Origin: Pristiophorus japonicus
Lineage: Eukaryota
Length of the DNA stretch: 64,000 nt
Assembly: GCF_044704955.1 (NCBI RefSeq)
Contig: NC_091977.1
Location: 510,818,001-510,882,000 of the forward strand
Direction: 5' to 3'
In this document: piece by piece, positions 37,647 to 49,978 of the stretch
Numbering within the stretch: position 1 is the stretch's first letter
Layout: each line of letters starts with the position of its first letter
Translations under genes and position numbers: made by a program
The notes under the pieces: generated by a model
The model's input: the letters and a program-made list of their open reading frames with translations, nothing else
What the model was told of the DNA's origin: nothing
Database searches by the model: none

Positions 37647-38891
37647 TTGCTAAGCCTTGGACTTGAGTTTTGCTGTTTGCCCGGGTTCCTGAGTGAGAAG
37701 GATCAACCCATATAACACATTTCCAAAATGTACCGATATCACTGCCATATTGGTGTCAATGTAGGTGCCAGTCTGATAGTCTACATCTCCCTGAATGTAC
37801 CAGCGTCAAGTCTGATAAACTGCAACGCACAGAAGGTGTCTCATTCTCTTAGACCATTCTGTACTGGATGGGGAGGGTGAGGGATCATCGCTTACAACCA
37901 AGAAGTTGTGAATCACTCTATGAATTACTTGTCTTGCTGCCAATCCTAAATAAATGCTCGGGTTTCAAAGATAAATCACAATGGGAAAAGTTTTCCCTCA
38001 GATACAGTTTGCTGATTGGATTTCAGATCCCAAAAATTATTAGAGCACGTCCCATCATTGTTCACTGGATTTCCAGCATTATTAAACAGGTAAAGCCTTA
38101 CTTCTCTCCCGGCACAGTGGTTTTAATTTTTAAATCCTCTATTTCACTATCCTCCAAGAACCATCCTGTTCTGCTCTATTCCTTGTGCTCCCCCTCTGTT
38201 CCCCACGTTCCCCTTTGCGTTATATTTCCCAACCCCCGAGAGTAATGTAAACTTTCATCGCCAAGTGAAAATTGGGCGGTAGTGAGTTGGCCACCCACTT
38301 TGCAACTCAGTTGACTTCAAAATCAGTTGGAATGTAAAGTGGGTGGTTGATTTGCTCCCACTCAATTTTCACTTGCCAATTATTGCTGGAATTACCCTCT
38401 TCCCTGCCCTCCGCCCAAGGTCTAATCCCTGGCATTATGTTCCCATCCAGTTCTACATTGTGGTATTCAGTTGAATCAGAAGGCACCCAGCCTTACTATA
38501 TTCTCATCAATTAAATTCTCTTATTGATTCAGTAATAAGAGAATTTAACTGAGGAATTAATTTTGACCGCAGTGTAACAGGCACAGGGTGTTGCTATTCC
38601 AATATGTTTTTGGAGAAGATTGCTTCCCAACTGTAATTCCTGACCAAACAAGGTCCCAAACTTGATCATGATGCCGACTGTAACTTTCCTATGGGAGGGA
38701 AGTAAAATTAGAGGGTGAGTCATGCAGCTACAGTCACACAACTCCAAACAGCCAAGATTGCCATTGCATATCTGTCGAGAAAAATACATAACACAAAGAG
38801 GAAGATAGAGGGGGAGGGCAACATTGAAGTGGAAAGAGAAAATGATCACAGAGGATTGAATTGAATTGGCTATTTTCTCTCCTTCGTTCAG

Positions 38892-39098
38892 AATGGTTGG
38901 ACCCCACTGCATTTTGCCGCAAAGTCTGGTTACCTGGACACGGTGCAGTTCCTGGTGGAAAGCGGAGCATCTCCCAAACTGGACTGCAAGGAAGGAAAGA
39001 CGCCCATTCAGTATGCCGCTGCCGACCACCACCAAGAGGTGGTGAGCTTTTTAATCTGGAAGAACAACATCACCCTTAAACTAACAGAGGATCGCAAG
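38892..39098 (+). CDS. trpn1: TRPN1 exon, last 2 ankyrin repeats (NGWTPLHFAAKSGY...LTEDRK), phase 0-0
   Basis: gttcag|AAT acceptor, AAG|gtaggt donor, 207 bp. Confidence 0.93.
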
Positions 39099-39194
39099 GT
39101 AGGTGTTTGAAGTGCAAAATTACAAGCAACACATCTGTCGAGCCATCATAGACAAAATGCTACAGTTTGTAACATGTTCAGTAGAATGAAGATT

Positions 39195-39450
39195 TCATAG
39201 AATTATAGAATGATACCCCACAGAAGGTAGCCATTCGGCCCATCGTGCCTGTGCCAGCTCTGTTGAAAGAGCTATCCCATTAGTCCCACTCCCCGCTCTT
39301 TCCCCATAGTCCTGCACATTTTTCCCTTTCAGGTATTTATCCAATTCTCTTTTGAAAGTTACTATTGAATCTGCTTCCACTACTCTTTCAGGCAGTACAT
39401 TCCAGATCACAACAACTCGCTGCATATTTTTTTTTCCCTCATGTCGCCTC
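39195..39450 (-). mobile_element. CR1 3' fragment
   Basis: QRVVVIWNVLPERVVEADSIVTFKRELDKYL. Confidence 0.8.
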
Positions 39451-40039
39451 TGCTTCTATCTCCTGACAAATTTTTGCATTCATCAGCTTACATTATGAGG
39501 AATGCTTAAGGAGGTTGTTTTTGTTCTCATTGGAAAAGAGCTCCTTAAGGTGATCCAGTAAGAGTTTTAAGAATTATAAAGGGATTGGTGATGTTGATCC
39601 AGACAAATTGTTTGCTTGGACAAAAGATTTAAAAATTCAGGAAATGTGAGTGAATAGGAAATTCATGTTGACCTATTTCACACAAAGGGAAATAAATCTA
39701 TGGAATAAGTAACCTGGCAGAGCCAATGAAACAAGCTTGTTTATTAATTTTTGACTGTTTGCCCCCTCCAGAAATCATGCAGAAATTTTCTGGTTGGTTC
39801 ACCATGCCTGGTTTTTCTCATCGGTGTAATATTTTTGCTATTTGCAATTGGAGTCTATTGTGTCAGTTCCAATTGGTCATTGTTGTGACTCAACCAATAA
39901 CAATGTGCCCCAAAAAATATATCATGTAATTTATGAAGCAATTACAACTGGTTGTGGCGTGGGTGCTAGTGGCTTGCTGTGGGAACTGGCAGCCTGCTCA
40001 TGGCTGGCTACAGGGTAGTAGCCGTCTGCTGGTATGATT

Positions 40040-40263
40040 AGTTTGCTGCTGTTGTGGTTAGCTGGCTGCTGTTGTGGTTAGCTGGCTGCTGGTGTGGTTA
40101 GCTGTCTGCTGGTGTAGTTAGCTGTCTGCTGGTGTGGTTAGTTGTCTGCTGGTGTGGTTAGCTGTGTGCTGGTGTGGTTAGCTGGCAATTGCTGTGGTTA
40201 GCTTGCTGCTGCTGTGGTTAGCTGGCTGCTAGTGTCGTTAGCTGGCTATTTGTGTGGCTAGCT
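40040..40263. repeat. 20-bp minisatellite (GCTGGTGTGGTTAGCTGTCT), about 11 copies
   Basis: Visible 20-bp period. Confidence 0.9.
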
Positions 40264-40399
40264 GATTTCAGGTGACTGGCTGGTGGTAGATGGACAGCTT
40301 CTTATAGCTGCCTATTGGCTATGGATGGATGCTTCTGGCTAGCTTGCAGTTGTTGTTTGTAATTGGCTGTGGTTTTACTGCAGACTAGCTGAAGGATAG

Positions 40400-43300
40400 A
40401 TTCAGAGCAGCTCAAAACTGGGCATTCATGAGGCGCTATGGGCCATTAGCAACTGCATTGTAATTCCACCACAATCTGTATCCTCATGGCCCGGCATAAT
40501 CCCTCATTCTACCATTACCAGCTAGCCATGGGACCAACCCTGGTTCAATGAGGAGTGTAGAAGAGCATGCCAGGAGCAGCACTAGGTGTACCTAAGAATG
40601 AGATGCCAACCTGGTGAAACTACGGCATGAATCCTAAGCAGCGGAAGCAACATGTTATAGAGAAAGCTAAGCGGTCCCACAACGCACAGATCAGATCAAA
40701 GCTCTGCAGTCCTGCCACATCCAGTCGTGAATGTGGTGTACAATTAAACAACTAGCGGGAGGAGGAGGCTCCATGAATATCCCCATCCTCAATGATGGCA
40801 AAGACCAGCGTGTGAGTGCAAAAGACAAGGCTGAAGCGTTCACAACCAACTTCAGCCAGAAGTGCCGAGTGATGATCCATCTTGGCCTCCTCCTGATGGC
40901 CCCACCATCACAGAAGCCAGTCTTCAGCCAATTTGATTCACTCCACATGATATCAAGAAAAGGCTGAGTGCACTGGATACAGCAAATGCTAATGGCCCCG
41001 ACAACATCCCGGCTGTCGTGCTGGAGTTGTGCTCCAGAACTAGCCCCGTCTCTAGCCAAGCTGTTCCAGTACAGCTACAACACTGGCATCTATCCGACAA
41101 TGTGGAAAACTGCCCAGGTATGTCCTGTCTACAAAAAGCAAGACACATCTAATCCGGCCAGTTATTGCCCTATCAGCCTGCTCTCAATTATCAACAAAAT
41201 GATGAAAGGTGTCATCTGCAATGCTATTAAACGGCACTGATTCACCAATAACCTGCTCACTGAAGCTCAGTTAATGTTCTGCCAAGACCACTCGGCTCCA
41301 GACTTCATGACAGCTTTAGTCCAAACATGAACAAAAGAGCTGAATTCCAGAGGTGAGGTAAGACTGCGCTTGACATCAAGACAGCATTTGACTGAGTCTG
41401 GCATCAAAGAACCCAGTAAAATTGAAGTCAGTGGGAATCAGGTAGTCCTACTTAGCACAAAGGAAGATGGTTGTGTTTATTGGAGGTCAATCATCTCAGC
41501 CCCAGGACATTGCTGCAAGAGTTCCTCAGGGCATTGTCCTAATCCCAAACATCTTCAGCTGCTTCATCACTAACCTTCCCTCCGTCATAAGATCAGAAGT
41601 GGGGATTGTTGTGTATGGAGAAAGAGTCAGACTGAACACTGTGAGCTCAAAGTAAAGTGTGACCTTAGTCTTTTATTGCAGGTCTCCAGAGTGCCTTTCC
41701 AACCGGTGAAGCCTCCTTAAATACCTGTGCTCCCAAGGGATTGTGGTATCCCTTGGGGCTCCAGAGGATGAGCCCTCTGGTGGCTGTACAGAGTAAATAC
41801 AAGTTTACATAAAGAACAACACCCCCACCCCCCCAAAAGTCAATAGTGTAACCATTTACAATATGACTCGATCTGGGGCCCTTCTTGCCCTGGTTGATCA
41901 TCTCGGTGTGAAAGCTGGTATTGTTGAATCATTTGTTGGGCCCTCGCTGGGCTGCTGTACAGCTGGCCTTGCTGGGTTGCCTGGTGTGTTGGGCACTATT
42001 GGGCTGCTGTGGAGGATGGGTTCTGCTTCGTGGTCAACCGTGGTGCCGGTTGCCATTGGTGTGTATGTTGGGGGATCTAAAAAGGTAGGGTTCAAGATGG
42101 GTTGCTCAGGATAATCCGTGAATCTGAGTTTGATTTGGTCCAAGTGTTTCCGATGAATGAGTCCATTTGAAAGTTTGACACACAGCTTTTGACTAGAGAT
42201 AATAAGAGGTCCTGGTTTGTCCAGGTTTTGATCTGTCGGGCAGTGACGGGTGATTGCTCACTCGCAAATGCTTCCATCACCATGGCTAGATCTGCGGGCT
42301 GCGCCATTTCCATCCCCATGGTGGGCAATGGCAGCCTACTGAGAGCATCGGCGCAGTTTTCTGTGCCTGGCCTATGATGGATGGTGTAGTTGTATGCGGA
42401 CAACGTGAGCGCCCATCTCTGGATGCGGGCCGATACATTGGTATTTATCCCTTTACTCTCGGAAAACAGGGGTATAAGTGGCTTTTGGTCAGTTTCCAAT
42501 TCGAATTTTAGCCCAAACAGGTATTGATGCATTTTCTTTACCCCATAAACACACGCTAACGCTTCTTTCTCAATCATGCTGTAGGCTCTCTCAGCCTTAG
42601 ACAGACTCCTGGATGCATAGGCTAAAATTCAAATTGGAAACTGACCATAAGCCACTTATATCCCTGTTCTCCGAGTGTAAAGGGATAAATACCAACGCAT
42701 CGGCCCACATCCAGAGATGGGCGCTCACGTCGTCCGGTTGCGGTTTCCCGAAATCATTGGTTTGTTGCAATACATACCTGCCGCCATATGACGACGCATC
42801 ACATGCTAGTACCAAACGCTTACATGGATCATACAACACAAGCAATTTGTGTGAGCATAACAATTTTCTCGCTTTTACAAAGGCATTTTCTTGACTTTTG
42901 CCCTAAACCCATTCATCCCCTTTTCATAGTAAGACATGCAGTGGTTCTAACAGTGTGCTGAGACCCGGTAAGAAGTTACCAAAGTAGTTCAGGAGTCCCA
43001 GAAACGACTGCAGCTCCGTCACGTTCTGTGGCCTCGGTGTGTTATCGATTGCCTCCGTCTTCGCGTTGGTAGGCCTGATGCCGTCCACCGCAATCCTCCT
43101 TCCCAAGAACTCCACTTCATGCGGCAGGAAAACGCACTTCAAGTGTTATAACCTGAGCCCCACGCAGTTGAGTCGACTAAGAACCTCCTCCAGGTTCTGC
43201 AGATGCTTGACTGTGTTCCGACCTGTGACCAAGATGTCGTCCTGGAAGACCATGGTGTGCGGGACTGACTTCAGTAAGCTTTCCATGTTTCTCTGGAATA

Positions 43301-46162
43301 TCGCCGCCGCCGATCAGATTCCAAACCGGCATCTGTTATAAACAAAAAGACCTTTGTGCGTGTTGATGGAGGGGAGGGCCTTCGATGATTCCTCCTGTTC
43401 CTGCGTCATGTAGGCTGAAGTCAGGTCCAGCTTCGTGAACGTCTTTCCTCCCGCCAGCGTTGCAAAGAGGTCGTTGGCCTTTGGTAATGGCTATTGGTCC
43501 TGCAAGGAGAAACAATTGATAGTTACTTTGTAATCGCCACAGATTCTGACGGTGCCATCTCCCTTGAGGACTGGGACGATAGGACTGGCCCACTCGTTGA
43601 ACTCAATCGGGGAAATGATGCCCTCTCTTTGTAGGTTTAGCTCGATCTCTACCCTTTCTCTCATCGTGTATGGTACTGCTCTCGCCTTGTGATGGATGGG
43701 CCGCGCCCCCGAAATTAGGTGGATCTGCACTTTTGCTCCTTGGAATTTCCCGATGCCTGGTTCGAACAGCGAAGGAAATTTGTTTTAGACCTGGGCACAC
43801 GAAGTGTCGTCAGCGGGCGATAGCATCGGATGTCGTCCCAGTTCCAGCATATCTTTCCCAGCCTGCTCCTGCCGAGCAGCATGGGACCATCGCCCAGTAC
43901 CGCCCAGAATGGTAGCTTGTGCACCGCTCCATCGTAGGAGACCTTTACGATAGCACTGCTGATTACAGGAATCAGTTCTTTCGTGTAAGTTCTTAGTCTC
44001 GTGCGAACTGAAGTTAAGACTGGCCTTGAGGTCTTGTTGCACCACAACCTTTCGAAAGTCTTGTTACCCATGATGGACTGGCTCGCGAGTCCATTTAGTT
44101 CAACATTCAGCATTATCGGGGGACAATTCGTGGTGAATGTGTGCACCCCATGTACCTCTGCCTCCTCGATCTGAGGCTCTGGTTCGTCGTGATCCTCCAT
44201 GGATCTGTCGTACTCTGCAACATGGTGCTTTGCAGGTTTGCACACTCGTTGGAGGTGTCCCATTGTTCCACAGCCCTTGCAAACGTACCCTTTGAATCGG
44301 TATGAATTGAAACAATGATCACCACCCGCAGCACCAACAAGGTGTTAATGGCCTTGCATTCATCACCCTTGATGGTGGACTCTGAGACATCTGCGGAGGT
44401 GTAGCTGCAGGTATGTGTGACCTGCCCTGTACATTACGTTTCGAAAACAACATCACTTTGTTCACAGTACTTGTCGCAGCACTTGTGTGCTGAGAGATTT
44501 GCTTAGTATTGTCACTGGTGGCAATGAACGCCAGGGCTATCACTATGGCCTTACTCAAGGTTGGGGTCTCTGCAGTCAAAAGTTTGCGAAGTATGGTTTC
44601 GTGGCCAATGCCAAGTACGAAAAAGTCTCTGAGCATGTGATCCAAATGTCCTTCAACTTCACAATATCATGCAAGGCGTCTTAGCTCGGTGACATAACTC
44701 GCCACTTCCTGGCCTTCAGACCTTTTGTAGGTGCAGAACCGGTACCTCGCCATCAGAACGCTTTCCTTCGGGTTCAAATGCTCTAGCACCAGTGTGCACA
44801 AATCATCGTACGATTTCTCCGTGGGTTTCACTGGAGTGAGCAGATTCTTCATGAGGTCATACGTTGGTGCCCCACAGACGGTGAGGAGGATCGTCCTTCA
44901 TTTGGCAGCGCTGTCTTCTCCATCTAGCTCGTTGGCCACGAAGTATTGGTTGAGTCGCTCCACAAAAGTTTCCCAATCATCTCCCTCCGAGAATTTCTTC
45001 AGGATGCCCACTGTTCTCTGTATCTTTGGGTTTGCTATCTGTATCTCATCGGCAGTTGTTGTGTATGGAGAAAGAGTCAGACTGAACACTGTGAGATCAA
45101 AGTAAAGTGTGATCTTCGTCTTTTATTGCAGGTCTCCAGAGTGCCTCTCCAATCTCTGAAGCCTCCTTAAATACCTGTGCTCCCAAGGGATTATGGGATC
45201 CCTTGGGACTTCAAGGGATGAGCCCTCTGGTGGCTGTACAGAGTAAATACAAGTTTACATATATAATAGGGATGTTCGCTGATCATTGCACAGTATTCAG
45301 TGCCATTTGCAACTCCTCAGCTAATGAAGCAGTCCATGCCTGCATGCAGCAAGACCTGGGTAGCATTCAGGCTTGGGCTGATAAGTGGGAAGTAACTTGC
45401 GTGCCACGCAAGTGCCAGGCAATGACCACCTCCAACAAGAGTCTAACCACCTCCTCTTGACATTCAAGGGCATTACATTGATTGAATCTCTTGTCATGGG
45501 AGTCACCATCGACTAGAAACTTAACTGGTCCAGCCATATAAATACTGTGGCTACAAGAGCAGATAGCGGTTGGGTATTCTGCTGCAAGTGTCTCACCTCT
45601 TGACTCCCCAAAGCATTTCCACCATCTACAAGGCACAAGTCAGGAGTGTGATGGAATCCTCTCCACTTGTCTGGGTGAGTGCAGCTCCAACAACACTCAA
45701 GAAGCTCGACACCATCCAGGACAAAGCAGCCCGGTTGATTGGGACACCTTCCACCACTTTAAACATTCACTCGCTCCACCACTGGCGCACCGTGGCTGCA
45801 GTGTGTACCATCTACAAGATGCATTGCAGCAACTCGCCAAGGCTTTTTTGATAGCACCTCCCAAACCTGCAACCTCTAGCACCTAGAAGGACAAGGTCTG
45901 CAGGCACATAGGAACACTATCACCTGCAAGGCCCCTCCAAGCTACACACCATCCTAACTTGGAAATATATCGCTGTTCCTTCATCATCGCTGGGTCGAAA
46001 TCCTGGAACTCCGTACCGAACAAAATTGTGGGAGTACCTTCACCACACGGACTGCAGCAATTCAAGAAGGTGGCTCACCATCACCTGCTGAAGGGAAATT
46101 AGGGACGGGGAATAAATACTGACCTTGTCAGCAACACCCATACCCCGTTAATGAATAAAAAA
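40400..46162 (+). mobile_element. Non-LTR LINE (CR1/L2 group, distinct family) split by a Gypsy insertion just before its FADD motif
   Basis: YPTMWKTAQVCPVYKK..SYCPISLLS, VPQG..P..FSCFI, ...SEVG|MFADHC..; 3' tail ..atgaataaaaaaa. Confidence 0.85.
41607..45268 (-). mobile_element. Gypsy (Mag-like) LTR retrotransposon, integrase deleted, nested in a LINE
   Basis: 212-bp LTRs at 41607-41818 and 45057-45268 (about 16 mismatches by eye), TSD GGGAT, gag/PR/RT/RNase H fragments, no integrase core. Confidence 0.93.
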
Positions 46163-46338
46163 ATGTTTTAAAAAATTGGACTTATGGGCCGAATGTCCTA
46201 ATTGCAGTGCTGTAAATGTAATACTACATAAAATCGTGAGAGATCGGCTGCCGGTTTGCTTTCCTCTGTTTTACACTATCTGACAAAGTCAATATTACCC
46301 CCATTGTGTGAAATGCTTTGAGACATTTCAATGGATAA

Positions 46339-46745
46339 TTAGAAGAATGAGAGGGGATCTCATTGAAACGTATAAAATTCTGACGGGGTTGGACAGACTG
46401 GATGCGGGCAGGATGTTTCCCCTAACTGGGATGTCTAGAACAAGGGGTCACAGTCTCAGGATACGGGGTAAGAAATTTAGGACCGAGATGAGGAGAAATT
46501 TTTTCACTCAGAGGGTGGTGAACCTGTGGAATTCTCTATCACAGAAGGCTGTGGAGGCCAAGTCACTGAATATATTTAAGAAGGAGATAGATAGATTTCT
46601 AGACACAAAAGGCATCAAGGGGTATGGGGAAAAAGCGGGAATATGATGTTGAGATAGAGGATCAGCCATGATCATATTGAATGGAGTTGCAGGCTCGAAG
46701 GGCCAAATGGCCTACTACTGCTCCCATTTTCTATGTTTCTATATC
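46339..46745 (+). mobile_element. CR1 3' end about 100 bp upstream of the TM exon
   Basis: RRMRGDLIETYKILTGLDRLDAG...GYGEKAGI*. Confidence 0.9.
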
Positions 46746-46850
46746 TAAATGCAAGTGTTAATTTTGATAATGCTGCAATTCTATCAGTGCTCTGTAGTAA
46801 ATTGCAGCTCATCAGAATAACTAACATAATCTTTGTGCATTTTGTTACAG

Positions 46851-48222
46851 TTTATCTTTGACCTCATGGTGTGTGGAAAGCTCAATAGAAACAAGGTCAT
46901 TGAAGAGTTTGTACTGCACTCGCCTGCCCCCATGGACACTGCCATCAAGCTCTCCCGTGCTTTTGGCATCACAGCTCTGAAGGAAAAAGAAAGATCCATG
47001 GAGCTGCTGGAAGCGGCCAAGTACTGTGAGAACATGGCCACTGAGCTCCTTACTGTGGCATCGGGTTGCAGAAGCGCCGGATACCTGCTCCGTGCCGTGG
47101 ACCATCGTGGCAGTACAATGCTGGACTCCTTAATAGAATGCGAACAGAAGGATGTAGTGGCTCACCCAGCGGTGCAGAAGTACCTGACCGATGTCTGGTA
47201 CGGGAACTTAAAGTGGGCCCACTGGAAACTAGTTCTTTTATTCTTTACCTTCCTCATCTGCCCCCCCATCTGGCTGATGTTCTCCCTTCCACTTAAGCAC
47301 CAGTTCAACAGGATTCCCATTATGAAATTCATGAGCCATTTGGTGTCTCATATCTTTCTCCTATTGTTATTTATATTAACCATAGTCTATCCCCCACTTA
47401 GTCCAATATACGAAGGGCGGATGCTACCCTGCTGGAATGAATGGCTCCTCTTAGCTTGGATTTCAGGAATGCTGGTCTCAGAGCTGACTCACCCAGGGGA
47501 GAGAGCAGGACTAGCGTGGATTCGAGTTTTCATCCTGGGATTTTCAGCCATTGCCGTCTTCTGTCACCTACTTGCATTTGCTTTTCGGGACTACGACCGC
47601 CTGCACTGCTTCTTTGCCCGGAACATTTTCCTTGCAGTGGCCATGACTCTTTGCTTTGTACAGTTTTTGGAATTCCTAACCTTCCACCACCTCTTCGGCC
47701 CCTGGGCTATCATTATCCGAGACCTGATGAAGGACCTTGCCAGGTTTGCAGTCATTCTTGCCCTGTTTCACGTAGCCTTCACCATGCAGCTTTCAGCCGT
47801 TTACCAACCTGTATACCCTGCCCCGCCGGTCAATCCAGCTGCTGGAAATAAATCGGGTTCTGAAGGGGAGTATTATGACATTCAAGACCCTTTAGATATT
47901 ACAGTCTTACTTTTCTTTGCTCTGTTCGGTATGGTGGATCCAGACTCCTTACCCCCATTGTATCGGACACCTACATTCACCCAATTCATTGTCAGGTTTG
48001 TGTTTGGAATGTATCTTGTCATGACCCTGATCGTCCTGATTAACTTGCTGATCGCCATGATGAGCGACACCTACCAGCGAATCCAGGCGCAGTCGGACAC
48101 CGAGTGGAAGTTTGGGAGGGCCATGTTGATCCGTGACATGATTAGGAAATCAGGGACCCCTTCTCCATTCAACCTGTGCACCAATCTTTTCTACTACATC
48201 AAAATGTTGTGCAAACATAGGG
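46851..48222 (+). CDS. trpn1: TRPN1 exon: linker helices, pre-S1, S1-S6, pore and TRP helix (FIFDLMVCGK...MLCKHR), phase 0-1
   Basis: ttacag|TTT acceptor, AGG G|gtaagt donor, 1372 bp open frame, multiple hydrophobic segments, pore helix LLFFALFG, S6 LINLLIAMM, TRP box EWKFGR. Confidence 0.96.
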
Positions 48223-48291
48223 GTAAGTCAGTGGCGTTCATTAAATGGGATAAATTGAATGGATGGTCCTACCTGTCTTCATGTGTAACAT

Positions 48292-48722
48292 CAGCCAGGG
48301 TTCCTGCTCCTGATCACTACCCACTGACCTGATATAGAGAGAGGGAACTTCAGCCAGGGGTCCTGCTCCTAATCACTACCCGCTGACCTGGGATAGAGAG
48401 AGGGAACTTCAGCCAGGGGTCCTGCTCCTGATCACTACCCACTGACCTGGGCTAGAGAGAGGGAACTTCAGCCAGGGGTCCTGCTCCTAATCACTACCCG
48501 CTGACCCATGGATAGAGAGAGGGAACTTCAGCCAGGGTTCCTGCTCCTGATCACTACCCACTGACCTGGGATAGAGAGAGGGAACTTCAGCCAGGGTTCC
48601 TGCTCCTGATCACTACCCACTGACCTGGGATAGAGAGAGGGAACTTCAGCCAGGGGTCCTGCTCCTGATCACTACCCACTGACCTGGGCTAAAACGATGG
48701 CACATCAGCCAGGGTTCCTGCT
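48292..48722. repeat. 59-bp minisatellite, about 7.3 copies
   Basis: Unit cagccagggktcctgctcctgatcactacccactgacctgggatagagagagggaactt starts at 48292, 48351, 48410, 48469, 48529, 48588, 48647 and 48706. Confidence 0.95.
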
Positions 48723-49467
48723 TTTTATAAATGATGTTCTAGTCTCGGCCTCAATAGACACTTGTGGTGAAGCATCCCATGGTATAATAGTCATCAGTGT
48801 GAAAACCTTTCTTCTCCCTTCCCCCTTCGTTCTTCGAGTGAGAATCCACTGTCTCCATCCCATTATTCTTCTTTTGCCCACCAGTACAAACAATCTTTCA
48901 CTATTTACCCAGAGCAAAGTCCCCAGGTCGCTCCTCTCTTGGCACCACTTTGCTGCTCTTGGCCTTGCAAGAAATGCTGGGTCCCACATTCATCCCCAAC
49001 CCCCAGACCCCTTTATCCCTGCCTGAGCCACAATTAACCCAACCCCAAGTGCTTCTCACCTCCCACCAAGCCCCAATCCCTGGCCCTCCATTCTGTCCCC
49101 ATATCCCTCAATCTTCTCTTTCCTACGGCCTGAGTCTCCATACACCCAACTTCAGACTCCACCAGCCCATTAATCCTCCAATCTAGTCCTCAGTCTCCCT
49201 CTTTTCATCCCCACCCAAGCCCAATCTTAGTCCCCAATTTCCCAGTCCCCCAGTCCGCAGACTCCCTGCCTTTACCCTAATCTACCCAACGCCCAGTCCC
49301 CTTCTCCCTTCGCCGTTTGAGCTTCAATTCCCCCCGCCCTCGAGTCCCCAGTCTCTCTATCTCCCCCGCCCAAACCTCAACCCCCTCCCCCAGTCACCCT
49401 CTTTCTCTGAGCCCCATCCCTAAGCACCACCATTTCTGTCTTCCTCTCTCCCACGAGCCCTCAATCC

Positions 49468-49978
49468 TGACACCCAATCCTCCTCTCCCCCGACACCCAG
49501 ACCCCCCTCTCCCCCTGACACCCAATCCTCCTCTCCCCCTGACACCCAATCCTCCTCTCCCCCGACACCCAGACCTCCCTCTCCCCCGTGACACCCAGTC
49601 CTCCTCTCCCCGTGACACCCAGTCCTCCTCTCCCCGTGACACCCAGTCCTCCTCTCCCCATGACATCCAATCCTCCTCTCCCCGTGACACCCAGTCCTCC
49701 TCTCCCCGTGACACCCAATCCTCCTCTCCCCCGACACCCAATCCTCCTCTCCCTGTGACACCCAGTCCTCCTCTCCCTGATCACCCAATCCTCCTCTCCC
49801 CGTGACACCCAGTCCTCCACTCCCCTTGACACCCAATCCTCCTCTCCCCGTGACACCCAATCCTCCTCTCCCCATGACACCCAATACTCCTCTCCCCGTG
49901 ACACCCAGTCCTCCTCTCCCCGTGACACCCAGTCCTCCTATCCCCATGACACCCAGTCCTCCTCTCCCCCCGAGACAC
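49468..49978. repeat. 24-bp pyrimidine-rich minisatellite (GACACCCAGTCCTCCTCTCCCCGT), about 21 copies
   Basis: Visible 22-24 bp period within a C-rich tract (49000-50200). Confidence 0.93.

Noticed and set aside
38529-39035. Minus-strand ORFs over TRPN1 exons (also 733-921, 7840-8094, 33800-34213)
   Set aside because: Antisense shadows of the coding exons with no independent motifs
695-48222. TRPA1 or ankyrin-1/2/3 as the gene identity
   Set aside because: The SPAPMDTAIKLS linker and SDTYQRIQAQSDTEWKFG TRP-box region are TRPN-type
48292-48722. Regular 59-bp array as a CRISPR locus
   Set aside because: The whole unit repeats with no unique spacers, there are no cas genes, and the context is a eukaryotic intron
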